Source: Dehalococcoidia bacterium (GTDB lineage: Bacteria; Chloroflexota; Dehalococcoidia; Lucifugimonadales; JADFKI01). From it: 64,000 nt of DNA. Of the stretch, positions 45,007 to 54,993 are shown piece by piece; the first letter of the stretch is position 1, and each line of letters starts with the position of its first letter. The position numbers and the translations under genes are program-made. The stretch covers positions 2,369,773 to 2,433,772 of the forward strand of contig OZ241992.1 in assembly GCA_965204445.1 (NCBI GenBank), read 5' to 3'. Below the pieces are notes generated by a model. That model was not told the origin of the DNA and searched no databases. It saw nothing but the letters and a program-made list of their open reading frames with translations.

Positions 45007-45241
45007 ATTCGCCCTCCCGTTGCGCGTGGGATGGTCAACTTGCGCCTTCCCTTTCGTAGGGGGAAAGCTTGGACGGGGGCAACGCTTCCCAAACGGCGGT
45101 TCGATAGCCGATTAGCGCGCTGCCAAAGATTCGAAATCTCTATGCCATTCCGTCAAACATAGGCAACGCCATTATTGCATATAGCGGCGGCGCTAATATA
45201 CGCCCGCAACCAAGACGCGATTGCGCTGACCGAACCGCGGC

Positions 45242-46141
45242 CTACCCCGCCACATGCGCGCCCAACGGCGTGGGCTGCGTAACCTTTATTGCGCCGTCCA
45301 CGCCCGATTTCATAGCGGCGTCCGCCATCTCATAGCCTATAGTGTATTCGCGGTCGCGCGCCAGCGCCAGTACGGCGGATCCTGCGCCCGACAGGAACAC
45401 GCCCAGCGCGCCGGCCGCCATCGCAGCGCGAAAGATGTTCTTCATCGGATAAAAGATAGCCTCGCGCGCCGGCTGATGCAGTCTATCCTGCGTGGCGGTC
45501 GACAGGTGCGTTAGGTCGCCGCTCGCGAATGCGTTCACCAAAAGCGCCGCTCTTCCTATGTTAAACACGGCGTCTCGTCTGTCAACCATTTGCGGCAGTA
45601 TTCCCCTAGCCTGCTCCGTGGGCATCGGGACTTCCGGCACGAACAGCACCACTTTTAGATCGGCGGGAATGGGCACGGCCGCCGTGATGAGCGCATCGCC
45701 GTCGCTGACCACGACGCGACAACCGCCCATTATAGCGGCGGCGGCGTTGTCTGGATGTCCCTCGATGTCCGCCGCAAGCGCCAGCAGTCGATTTGCGGGA
45801 ATGTTCGCGCCGCTGAGTTCGCTTGCCGCAAGCAGACCGCTCGCCACGGCGGCGGCGCTGCTGCCAAGTCCGCGCCCCAGCGGAATTTCGTTGCGGCAGC
45901 GAATCCGCACCGACGGAACGGGCTTGCCGATGCCCTCATACACCCGCACGAAACTTCCGTACAGTAGGTTGGTAGCGTCTTTGGGCAGGTTGTCTTTGCC
46001 TTCGCCGCTAATCTCGAAACTCGAAGCACCCGTCTCTACGCTGACGGTGTTCCATATATCCAGCGCCATGCCGAGGCAGTCGAAGCCGGGGCCCATATTC
46101 GCGGTGGTTGCGGGCGCTTTCACCACAACGGAGTGTTTCAT
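45242..46141 (-). CDS. thrB: homoserine kinase
   Basis: GHMP motifs 'PATTANMGPGFD' and 'PLGRGLGSSAAA'. ATG at 46141; the ORF track opens at a TTG two codons upstream. Confidence 0.9.
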   Translation of the reverse strand: MKHSVVVKAPATTANMGPGFDCLGMALDIWNTVSVETGASSFEISGEGKDNLPKDATNLLYGSFVRVYEGIGKPVPSVRIRCRNEIPLGRGLGSSAAAVASGLLAASELSGANIPANRLLALAADIEGHPDNAAAAIMGGCRVVVSDGDALITAAVPIPADLKVVLFVPEVPMPTEQARGILPQMVDRRDAVFNIGRAALLVNAFASGDLTHLSTATQDRLHQPAREAIFYPMKNIFRAAMAAGALGVFLSGAGSAVLALARDREYTIGYEMADAAMKSGVDGAIKVTQPTPLGAHVAG

Positions 46142-46439
46142 ACGCAAGCCTGTTTTCCCTGATGCACACCATACGCCGCCGACGGATGACGCCGCGCGAT
46201 AAGCCTAGCAGATGCGCGGGCGGCGATAAAGGGGATTGCGCCCGATAAACCCGTTCCGACGCTATGCGTAGCGGGGACGGGCGCAGGCGCGCATATGCCT
46301 TGCGATGTATAAGCGTCGGCATACGTCCCGCGCTGCGTCAGGAAAATGGGTTGGAATCGAACTGAGAATCGGCAAGTGTGGGGATATGCCGTATGCGCTG
46401 CCGCGGGCATACGGCGAACTATGTGTGGGAATGATGCGG

Positions 46440-46631
46440 CTAAGCGGCTGCCTTCGTCTTCCGCCTGCGTCCGGGCTTGCCTCGCGTCTTCGCCCAGTCG
46501 AAGTCCTTCTTAGGCTCGGGCAGGATGTCCTTGGTGTAGCCGCACTGGAGGCACTCGGCGTAATTGCCGTACATGTCCCGCGTCAGCTTCAGATCGCCGG
46601 TGCATCGGGGACATGCCTTGAACTGTACCAT
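46440..46631 (-). CDS. small zinc-ribbon protein with basic tail
   Basis: 63 aa with 'CPRC...(16)...CLQC' and the C-terminus 'KTRGKPGRRRKTKAAA'. Confidence 0.6.
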   Translation of the reverse strand: MVQFKACPRCTGDLKLTRDMYGNYAECLQCGYTKDILPEPKKDFDWAKTRGKPGRRRKTKAAA

Positions 46632-46699
46632 TTTGCTTGTTCCATCCTTTCTTTAAGTCGAATCGCCGACTTTCGGCGAGCGCATCGCCCGCCCGCTGT

Positions 46700-46800
46700 T
46701 TAGATTTTCACATAACCTTGGATAAGATAATACAAAAAAATTCCGTTATCTATATTATAAATGCAATAGATAGTATCAATTTTCACAATATAGCGTCGAA
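46700..46800. promoter_or_regulatory. AT-rich island with palindrome and direct repeats
   Basis: About 100 bp that is strongly AT-rich in a GC-rich context. TTATCTAT (46745-46752) pairs with ATAGATAG (46765-46772). ATTTTCACA occurs at 46703-46711 and 46778-46786. A possible minus-strand promoter reads TTGATA-N16-TAATAT. Confidence 0.5.
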
Positions 46801-46879
46801 TGCGAATGCCGTATAGACGGGATGCGGGAATATCTCAATCATATGCCGCGAAAGCAAGCCCATCGGCGGCGGCGGGAAA

Positions 46880-49459
46880 CTATCCGCCGCGAGCGCGTTC
46901 CTGGAGTTCGTAAAGCTTATTGATCGCCTCTAGGGGCGTCATAGCGGCTACTTCGAGGTTCAGAATATCGTCCACCACGGGCGGGGTGAAGTCTATTAGG
47001 GGCATCTGCTGCGCCGGCTTGGCGGATCGTCTGCCGCGCCGCGCCGCGCCGTTTGCGCGATTGCGGCTGCCCTCGAGTTCGCCTAGAAACTCCCATGCGC
47101 GGTTGACCACGCCGCTCGGCATTCCCGCAAGCCGCGCTACATGCACGCCGTAGCTCTTGTCCGCGCCGCCCGGCACGATGCGCCGCAGGAAGGCGACCCT
47201 GCCCTTGTTCTCCGAAACCGCAACATTGTAGTTGCAGGCGCGCGGCAGCGTGTCCGAAAGCTGCGTGAGTTCGTGGTAGTGCGTGGCGAACAACGTCTTG
47301 CAGCCCAAGCGCGGATGATTATGCACATACTCCGCCACGGCGCGCGCAATCGCAAGCCCGTCGTAGGTGCTTGTGCCGCGCCCAATCTCATCAAGCACAA
47401 TCAGCGAGCGCGGCGTGGCGTGGTTCAGGATGGACGCCGTTTCCACCATCTCAACCATAAAAGTGGACTGCCCCATAGCCAGGTCATCCTGCAAGCCCAC
47501 GCGCGTGAAGATGCGATCGCATAGCCCAATCGTCGCCGAATCGGCCGGCACGAAGCTTCCAATCTGCGCCATCAGCGTTATCACCGCAACTTGACGGATA
47601 TAGGTTGACTTGCCCGCCATATTGGGGCCGGTCAGCACCACAAGCTGCTCATCGCTGCAAGAGAGCGTAGTATCGTTGGCGACGAAATCGCCCTCCGGCA
47701 GCATCCGCTCCACAACCGGATGCCGCCCCTGCCGAATGTCTATTGCGCCGCCTTCGTTCAGCGCGGGGCGGGCATAGCCGTAGCGCGAGGCTACCTCCGC
47801 CAGCGCCGCGAACACATCCACGCCGGCGATGGCGCTTGCGGTCTGCATTATGGGATCCGCGGCGGCGGCAACCTGCTGGCACACCTGCCGAAACAGCGCA
47901 TTCTCAAGCTCGCTTACGCGGTCTTGCGCGTTCAGAATCAGCGATTCGTACTCTTTCATCTCAGGCGTGATGAAGCGCTCGCCGCCGACGAGCGTCTGCC
48001 GCCGCACATAGTCTTTGGGCGCCTGCGATAGGTTGGGGTTGCTAATCTCTATGTAATAGCCGAATACCTTGTTGTAGCCGACCTTGAGCGATTTGATGCC
48101 GGTGCGCCGGCGCTCGCGCTGCTCTAGGCTTGCGATATAGTCTTGCGCGCTGCGGGTTGCGTTGCGAACTTCGTCCAAGTCCGGCGAAAAGCCTTCGCGG
48201 ATAACCCTGCCTTCGCCCACAATCAGCGGCGGATCGTCGCTTATGGCGCGCTTGATGAGCGCCGAAGTTTCGTCGTTGTCCCCGATGCGCGCCGCAATTC
48301 GGCTCACCTGCGGGGCGTCATCGTCTTCGCGCAGGATGTCGCGGATTTTGGGCGCGGCGTCGATGCTGTTGGCGAGGCTAACAAGGTCGCGCGGCGTGGC
48401 GCTGAAACCGCGCACTTTGTTCACCAATCGTTCCATATCGGCGACGGCGTCCAGCAGCATAATCACACGCTCGCGCCTCAGCGCGCTGCGGTGAAACCAC
48501 TCCACGGCGTCTTGACGCAGAACCAGTCTATCTACATCGAGCAGCGGCTGCCCCAGCCAGCGCCGCAGCCGCCGCCCGCCCATGGATGTCTTGGTCAGAT
48601 CCAGCACCGAAAACAGCGATGTGTTGACTGCGCCCCAGCGCCCGCCCTCATAGAGTTCAAGATTGCGGCGCGTCTGTTGATCAAGCACCATATATTCGGA
48701 TGTGGAGTAGGTGTGCAGCGCGGCTATCTGTCCGACTGCGCTGCGCTGCGTTTGGGTGAGGTAGTCTATGACTGCGCCCGCGGCGCGCGCCGCAAGCGGC
48801 AGGTTTTCGCAGCCAAAGCCTTCCAGCGATGCCACGCCGAAATGATTCAGCAGCGTTTCGCGCGCCCAGTCCGGGTGAAAGGCGTCGTCCGCAGCCTGCG
48901 TCAGCATAACGCCTTCCTCAAGCGCCATATCGGCGTGCGATTCGGGGACGAGCAGTTCGGAGGGCATAAGGCGCGCAAGCTCAACGGGGAGCTGCGATAG
49001 CGCGAATTGGCTGGTGGCGAACTCGCTGGTGGTGATGTCCACATACGCAAGGCCCGCAGCATCGCCTTCCGAAATCAGCGCCGCCAAGTAGTTGTTCGCC
49101 TTCTGCTCCAGCAGCGAATCTTCGACGATAGTGCCGGGCGTAACCACGCGCACCACTTCGCGATCAACGATGCCCCTAGACTTGGCGGGATCGCTGGTCT
49201 GTTCGCAGATGGCTACCTTGTAGCCTTTCTTGATGAGGCGCGCCAAGTACGATTCCAGCGCATGGTAGGGTATGCCTGCAAGCGGGACGCGCTGACCTCT
49301 GCCGAATTCGCGCGATGTGAGCGCAATCTCGAGTTCGCGCGAAATGGTACGGGCGTCGTCGTCAAACGTCTCATAGAAATCACCCATTCGGAATAGCAGA
49401 ATTGCGTTTGGGTGTTGGCGCTTGACGCCCAGATATTGCCGTCGTACGGGAGTAGTCAT
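46880..49459 (-). CDS. mutS: DNA mismatch repair protein MutS
   Basis: 'TPVRRQYLGVK' mismatch-binding N-terminus, Walker A 'GPNMAGKSTY' and 'DEIGRGTSTYDG'. The start is at ATG 49459. Confidence 0.95.
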   Translation of the reverse strand: MTTPVRRQYLGVKRQHPNAILLFRMGDFYETFDDDARTISRELEIALTSREFGRGQRVPLAGIPYHALESYLARLIKKGYKVAICEQTSDPAKSRGIVDREVVRVVTPGTIVEDSLLEQKANNYLAALISEGDAAGLAYVDITTSEFATSQFALSQLPVELARLMPSELLVPESHADMALEEGVMLTQAADDAFHPDWARETLLNHFGVASLEGFGCENLPLAARAAGAVIDYLTQTQRSAVGQIAALHTYSTSEYMVLDQQTRRNLELYEGGRWGAVNTSLFSVLDLTKTSMGGRRLRRWLGQPLLDVDRLVLRQDAVEWFHRSALRRERVIMLLDAVADMERLVNKVRGFSATPRDLVSLANSIDAAPKIRDILREDDDAPQVSRIAARIGDNDETSALIKRAISDDPPLIVGEGRVIREGFSPDLDEVRNATRSAQDYIASLEQRERRRTGIKSLKVGYNKVFGYYIEISNPNLSQAPKDYVRRQTLVGGERFITPEMKEYESLILNAQDRVSELENALFRQVCQQVAAAADPIMQTASAIAGVDVFAALAEVASRYGYARPALNEGGAIDIRQGRHPVVERMLPEGDFVANDTTLSCSDEQLVVLTGPNMAGKSTYIRQVAVITLMAQIGSFVPADSATIGLCDRIFTRVGLQDDLAMGQSTFMVEMVETASILNHATPRSLIVLDEIGRGTSTYDGLAIARAVAEYVHNHPRLGCKTLFATHYHELTQLSDTLPRACNYNVAVSENKGRVAFLRRIVPGGADKSYGVHVARLAGMPSGVVNRAWEFLGELEGSRNRANGAARRGRRSAKPAQQMPLIDFTPPVVDDILNLEVAAMTPLEAINKLYELQERARGG

Positions 49460-49906
49460 CGCACTTTGCCTGCGCCGCCGAATCCGCATAACGGCAGCGC
49501 CGATGCAACCCGACGCTCAGCGCTATCGCTGACTGCGCCGCCGCATCACATAACCGCACTCACTCTATATTTTAGCGTATTGTATCGCCTCTATGCGGAT
49601 ATGTTAAAGCGGCGGCGGGGTTATGTTTTGGGGCGGGGGAATGCAGAAAGCGCGCCTGTATGTGATGGCAATGGGATGAGGAGGCATAAGCGCTACATAG
49701 CATTGCGGCGCAGCGGCAGGGGAAAACTATCAGCGCCGTAGCATGCAGTCAAAACGGATGCGGCAGGTTCGGGCGCGACGCATCGCAACCCGTCTGCCGC
49801 AATCGCGTTTCTTAGCACTCGTCGGTTATGCCTATTGATCGCGTTTTCACAGACTGCGACGCATCCGTTAGGCAAGCGTATAGCGGCGCAGGACGCTTGC
49901 GATGGA

Positions 49907-50935
49907 TCAGGTTACTTCAAGCGTAACGTTTCGCAGCGGCTCTGCGTACTGCGTGCGGTCGAGCGGGATGGCTTCTTTTTGGTATATCTGCACGCGGTAG
50001 GACTCGTAGTCGGGGATGAACAGGCGGAATTCGCTGTCTATCCTGACGGAGCGCGGGCGGCGCAGGCGCTTTTCCTGCTCCAAATCGCCCATCTCGCGCA
50101 GGCGGTTGGGGACGGCGTTGGTGAGCATGTATGTGCGCGCCACGCGGGACAGGGTGGCGTCGCCGCTGAAGCTCCAGATGTACTGCCCTTCGGCGTTGAA
50201 CATCTGCACGCGGTTGTTGCCCCAATCGGCTACATAGATGTCCCCGTGCGCGTCCACCGCAACCCCGGTCGGGCGGTCGAACTGGCCGGGGCCGCTGCCC
50301 GGTTCGCCTATGACGCGCTTCACTTCGCCGTCGGGCGAGAATATCTGCACGCGGTTGTTGCCCCAATCGGCTACATAGACATCGCCCAGCTCATCTACAT
50401 GGACGCCCCAGGGCAGGTTGAACTGCCCCGCGGCATTGCCGTGCGCGCCGAATCCGCCTAGGTATTCGCCGTCGGCGGTGTAGCGCTGGACCCTGTGATT
50501 GCGCGAGTCCACCACCATTAGGTTGCCGTCAGCATCGAACGCAATGCCGTTGGGGGCGTCGAACTCGCCGTCGCCGTCGCCGTGTGTCCCCCATTTGGAT
50601 ACGAATTCGCCGTCGGGACTGAAGCGCGTTATTCTGTGCGTGGCTTCGTCGCTGACGAAAATGCTGCCTTCGGCGTCGGTGATTATCTGCACGGGCCAGA
50701 CGAACTGTCCGTCGCCGGCGCCGTTGCCGCCGATGCTCTTGAGGTCGTCGGTCAGCGCGTCGGCGTCGTTCACGGGCCAGACGCGTATGCCGGAGGCGCC
50801 TTCGGCGCGCATAAGTATGAGCGCATCGCCGTTGTTGGAGAAGGCGATGTCCGCCGGGAAGTTGGAAACGCGCCGCATTCCCAGCGTCCGCAGGTAGGGA
50901 TAGCCCGCCCTCAGCAGTCCGTATGGCCTACTCAT
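49907..50935 (-). CDS. NHL-repeat beta-propeller protein (copy 2)
   Basis: 342 aa with repeats such as 'GEFDAPNGIAFDADGNLMVVDSRNHRVQRY'. AGGAGAAAG RBS. Confidence 0.85.
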   Translation of the reverse strand: MSRPYGLLRAGYPYLRTLGMRRVSNFPADIAFSNNGDALILMRAEGASGIRVWPVNDADALTDDLKSIGGNGAGDGQFVWPVQIITDAEGSIFVSDEATHRITRFSPDGEFVSKWGTHGDGDGEFDAPNGIAFDADGNLMVVDSRNHRVQRYTADGEYLGGFGAHGNAAGQFNLPWGVHVDELGDVYVADWGNNRVQIFSPDGEVKRVIGEPGSGPGQFDRPTGVAVDAHGDIYVADWGNNRVQMFNAEGQYIWSFSGDATLSRVARTYMLTNAVPNRLREMGDLEQEKRLRRPRSVRIDSEFRLFIPDYESYRVQIYQKEAIPLDRTQYAEPLRNVTLEVT

Positions 50936-50983
50936 AGTCTTTCTCCTGTGGTCTGATTTTGTCCCGTCCGCCCGTCTATTCGG

Positions 50984-52120
50984 CTAGTTGACGAAGGGCT
51001 GAATTTGCTCATACTCGCCCTTGACGATGGGCTTGGCGTCCACATCCAGAACCTGCTCCAGCAGCGTGCCGTATATGCACCTGAAGTCTATGGTGTGCTT
51101 CAGGTCTTCGCCGTGTTCCCAATCGGCGGGATTGAGCGATGGGTATTCGCTGTACAGGCCGCCGTTGATGTTCTTGCCGAATATGTACGCCCCGCCGCCG
51201 GAACCGTGGTCAGTGCCGCTGCCGTTGTCGCGCATGCGCCGCCCGAACTCGGTGAACACGAACACGGTTACATCTTCGGCGGCGTCATGCTCTTCCATAT
51301 CGTCTAGGAAGTCGGATATTGCGCCGGAGAGTTCGTTCATCAGTTTGGGGTGCGAGGGCATTTCGTTGGCGTGCGTATCGTAGCCGCCGTGGCTTGTGTA
51401 AAAGATGCGCGTGCCGAGGTCGGCGAGGTGAATGCGCGCCACATCGCGCATATTCTTGGCTATCTGATTGTCGGCGTACTCTACCTGCGATTGGTAGTTG
51501 TCGGCGACGTCGGCGAGCATATCAGCGCCTTTCAGCACATCCAAGCCCGTCTGACCGATGTATTCGGCGACGGGGCCTGCGCCAATCGCTTGAGCGTACA
51601 GTCCCTTGAACGCCGCAAGCGATCTGTCGCGCAGATTTTCCTGCTCCATGCGCGTCATTACACCGTAGCCTTCCAGGTCGCCAACGGAGGTTACCGGCAC
51701 GCCGGCGACCGCCATTGCGCGAGGCAGTCCCATGCCGATGTTGACGCCGGTAAGCACATTCTCGGAGTTGGGGTCAAGTTCGCGAACCGCCTGTCCCAGC
51801 CAGCCTTCGTTGCCCACGCGGTCGGGTTCGGCGGTGTGCCAGATGTCCATTCCGCGGAAGTGGGAGCGGTTGGAGTTGGGATAGCCGATGCCCTGCACAA
51901 TCGCCATCCTGCCTTCGTCGTAGAGGCGCTTGAAGGGCGCTGCGTTGCCGTTAATCGCCAGGTCGTCGTTGATGGGCAGCACATCCTCTTGGCGCAGCAC
52001 GACCTTCTTGCGCGCGTCGTAGTAGTGCGGGTTGTTGTACGGCACGATGGTGTTCATAAAGTCGTTGCCGCCGGTGAGCTGCACGACTACCAGAGTCTTC
52101 CGCTTGCTTTTGGCACTCAT
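50984..52120 (-). CDS. DUF1501-family protein (copy 2)
   Basis: 'VVVQLTGGNDFMN', 'RSHFRGMDIWHT' and 'FTEFGRRMRDNGSGTDHG'. The start at 52120 gives an N-terminus collinear with copy 1. Upstream ATGs at 52132 and 52177 are also possible. Confidence 0.8.
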   Translation of the reverse strand: MSAKSKRKTLVVVQLTGGNDFMNTIVPYNNPHYYDARKKVVLRQEDVLPINDDLAINGNAAPFKRLYDEGRMAIVQGIGYPNSNRSHFRGMDIWHTAEPDRVGNEGWLGQAVRELDPNSENVLTGVNIGMGLPRAMAVAGVPVTSVGDLEGYGVMTRMEQENLRDRSLAAFKGLYAQAIGAGPVAEYIGQTGLDVLKGADMLADVADNYQSQVEYADNQIAKNMRDVARIHLADLGTRIFYTSHGGYDTHANEMPSHPKLMNELSGAISDFLDDMEEHDAAEDVTVFVFTEFGRRMRDNGSGTDHGSGGGAYIFGKNINGGLYSEYPSLNPADWEHGEDLKHTIDFRCIYGTLLEQVLDVDAKPIVKGEYEQIQPFVN

Positions 52121-52157
52121 AGTATCCCCCATCTTGTCTTTCGGGTTTCGGAGTAGG

Positions 52158-53558
52158 TTAGGCGAACTGATAGTCAACGGTGGATGCGGTCATTTGCAGC
52201 AAGTTATGGACGCCCACCGATGCGCCTTCGTCTTTGATGGCTCTGAGTTCACGGGCATAGTCCACCAGGGAGGCGTAGGTCTGTTCGCTGACCTTGATGC
52301 CGCCCAGAATGTCGAGGCAGCGATCCACCAGCGCCGCCGGTTCGGCGTCCAGATCGCCGGCGCGCTGCACCATATCGCGCACGCCGGGCTTGGTGACGTC
52401 CTCGAACTGACTCTCTACGAAGCCGATGCGCTCGCTGAGGGTGCCGGAGTCTATCCATTCGTGGCCGGTGTGCCAGCCTTCCACGGTGGGCGGGTTCATT
52501 AGGCGCTGCCCCATTATCGCGAGCGGGCCTTCGGTCAGGGAGCCGTTGAGCGTGGTTACGGCGAACTGCGCTATGCCCGGCGTGGGCTTGCTGAACTCGC
52601 CCGTCTGCCTCAGCACGCCCGCTACTAGCTCAGTGGGGCTTTTCACCTTCTTGAACTCCGTCGCCTGCTTGAAGAAGTCGGAGTTGAAGAGTTCGCTGAG
52701 CACGGCGCGCATATCGCCTTCAGTGTCCATAAACGCCCTGCTGAGCTGCTGAATGGCGGCTTCGTTCTTGGGCGGTTCGGTAGCCCAAGAGGGCACCTGC
52801 ACCTCATCCTCGACGAAGAAGTTGTACAGGTGGCGCGAGATGAAGCGCGCGGTTGCGGGCTGCTTGACGATGATGTCTATGATGTCTTCGCCGTCGAATG
52901 CGCCGGTTTCGCCTAGGAAGGTTTTCTCAGCGTAGTCGTGGTCGTCGGCGACGAAAGTGAACTTGGCGGGATAGTGTCCGTTGGGATACAGCGAAAGCGG
53001 CTGCCTGAAAGTCCAACCGGTGAAGGCGCGCGACGCCGCTTTGATGTCGTCTTCGGTGTAGTTGCCTACGCCCATTGAGAACAGCTCTAGCAGTTCACGG
53101 CCGTAGTTTTCGTTGATTTCGTCTTTGTGATTTTCGTTGTTGTCGAGCCAAAACAGCATCGCGGGATCGCGCGAAAGCTCAAGTAGGATGGTCTTCATAT
53201 CCTGCAGCCCCACGCGGCGGAACATCGCTATTTCGGTGTAGAGCGAGGGGCCGTGTTCGCTCTTGCCCCACGCCACGGGGAATATGTGATGCAGGAACAG
53301 CGCCATCTTTTCTTCGAGCGGGCGCGGCGTGTTTATCATCCGGTAGAGCCATTTGCCCACATGCACCGCCACGAGCTCGCCGCCGTAGTAGCGCTCGATG
53401 AACGAGTCGTCCATCTGCGGGAAGCGGTCAGGGTTGACCAGGTCATCCACAATCTCTTCGTAAGTCTTGTCAGCGGTCAGCGCGTCGAGTTCAGCGGGCG
53501 TAGCCCCGAAGCCGGCGCGCCGCATCAGATGCGCCACAAGCGCCCTGTCCGATTTCAT
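52158..53558 (-). CDS. DUF1800-family protein (copy 2)
   Basis: 'LMRRAGFGAT' and 'MALFLHHIFPVAWG'. GGGAGGA RBS. Confidence 0.8.
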   Translation of the reverse strand: MKSDRALVAHLMRRAGFGATPAELDALTADKTYEEIVDDLVNPDRFPQMDDSFIERYYGGELVAVHVGKWLYRMINTPRPLEEKMALFLHHIFPVAWGKSEHGPSLYTEIAMFRRVGLQDMKTILLELSRDPAMLFWLDNNENHKDEINENYGRELLELFSMGVGNYTEDDIKAASRAFTGWTFRQPLSLYPNGHYPAKFTFVADDHDYAEKTFLGETGAFDGEDIIDIIVKQPATARFISRHLYNFFVEDEVQVPSWATEPPKNEAAIQQLSRAFMDTEGDMRAVLSELFNSDFFKQATEFKKVKSPTELVAGVLRQTGEFSKPTPGIAQFAVTTLNGSLTEGPLAIMGQRLMNPPTVEGWHTGHEWIDSGTLSERIGFVESQFEDVTKPGVRDMVQRAGDLDAEPAALVDRCLDILGGIKVSEQTYASLVDYARELRAIKDEGASVGVHNLLQMTASTVDYQFA

Positions 53559-53815
53559 ATCGCATTCCTCCCTAATGTAACGCCGTGTAACGGATTAACG
53601 GATTTGGCCATATGCGCGGGGATTATGTTACCCAAGCATCCCCATTATAACCACAAAGTCAAGCCAAGCGTGAACGCCTATTTGCGCGAAATCATTTGCC
53701 GCCGCCGATAACGCTGTCCCTACTGTCCCTAAGCATAGGAAGCGCAAGCAAATGTGATGTACGGACGAAAGAATGGAGTAGCGCATCGCGCGCGATTGCC
53801 CGGCCGGCGGCGCTG

Positions 53816-54991
53816 CTAATCTATGACGATTTCGCCGACCCTGTACTTCTCGATTCCCGCCCAATCGTACTCCACGCCCAAGCCGGGACCTTGCGGTACG
53901 GATACGCAGCCGTCGGCGTCAATCGCATCGAGTCCGTCGGCGTAGCCGTCCTTGTACACCGGCATGCGCGCGTTGCCCGCCAAGCGCGGATGCACCAAGC
54001 CCATCTCATAGAAGTTGGAGTTTCGCATCGCCGCCATGCAGTGGCGCTGCGCGGGGCCGGCTATGTGAAGCTCGACATCCATCCCGAAGCCTTCGGCGGC
54101 GTGCGCTATCTTCATTACGCCGGTTACGCCGCCGTCGTATTCCGGATCGGCGCGCCAAAAGTCGGTGGCTTCGGCCGCCGCCATATCGGTATGCGCCTCT
54201 ACCATATGAACATGCTCGCCCTGCAACAACGGCGTCTTGATGGACTGGCGCAGGCGCTTGTATGCCTGCAGCGATACGCCGCCGTCGTTCAGTGGATCCT
54301 CATACCAGAAGAAATTCTGTTCGTCGCACGCCAAGCCCACGCGCAACGCATCGCCGTAGGTGTCATAGACGCAGCACGGATCCGTCATAAGCGCCATCTT
54401 GTCGCCCACGCGCTTGCCGACGGCGTGAATCGTCTCTATTTCGCGCTCTATGGGCGCGGCCGCCCAGCCGTGTATCTTGAAGCCCTTGTATCCGAGCTCA
54501 AGGCACTGCTCCGCGAAATCGGCGTAGGCTTCGGGGGAACTGAGCCCGTCAGGGGCGCGGTCGGCGTGGTAGGTGCTGGCGTAGCATGGGAATTTCTGCC
54601 GATAGCCGCCCAGCAGTTGGTATATCGGCGCGTCGAAGAGTTTGCCCGCCAAGTCCCACAGCGTGATGTCGATGGGGCCGATGCCCATTCGGTCGTGCTT
54701 GCGCAGAATCATCTTCGCCTGCCGATAGAAGAGCTCGCGGTCAAGCGCGTTTCTGCCGATGAGGAAGGGCGAGAACATCTGCATCTGCTCAAGCGTGGCG
54801 GGCGTGCCGCTGATGTATTCGCCGCTGACGCCGGCGTCGGTGTCTATGCGTATAGCGGTACAAGCGCGCTGCGACTTGCTGCCGGGCGAATAGAACGGGC
54901 CGGCGGCGAATGCGAGATCGGCGGTTACATCCTGCAGCGGAAAGCGGTATTGTGTGAGCGTTATCTTGCGAATGATAGGCGGGTTGGGCAT
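53816..54991 (-). CDS. enolase-superfamily enzyme (mandelate racemase / muconate lactonizing family)
   Basis: About 391 aa. A capping domain plus TIM-barrel layout with 'GFKIHGW', 'LMTDPCCVY' and 'FWYEDPL'. The ATG lies 2 nt after the stop of the upstream gene. Confidence 0.75.
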   Translation of the reverse strand: MPNPPIIRKITLTQYRFPLQDVTADLAFAAGPFYSPGSKSQRACTAIRIDTDAGVSGEYISGTPATLEQMQMFSPFLIGRNALDRELFYRQAKMILRKHDRMGIGPIDITLWDLAGKLFDAPIYQLLGGYRQKFPCYASTYHADRAPDGLSSPEAYADFAEQCLELGYKGFKIHGWAAAPIEREIETIHAVGKRVGDKMALMTDPCCVYDTYGDALRVGLACDEQNFFWYEDPLNDGGVSLQAYKRLRQSIKTPLLQGEHVHMVEAHTDMAAAEATDFWRADPEYDGGVTGVMKIAHAAEGFGMDVELHIAGPAQRHCMAAMRNSNFYEMGLVHPRLAGNARMPVYKDGYADGLDAIDADGCVSVPQGPGLGVEYDWAGIEKYRVGEIVID

Positions 54992-54993
54992 TG

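Noticed and set aside
45100-45125. GGTTCGATAGCC, and a GGAATCGAAC word at about 46345-46360, as possible tRNA T-arms
   Set aside because: The flanking sequence does not form T-stem, acceptor or anticodon arms. No tRNA-like cloverleaf could be drawn in any intergenic region.
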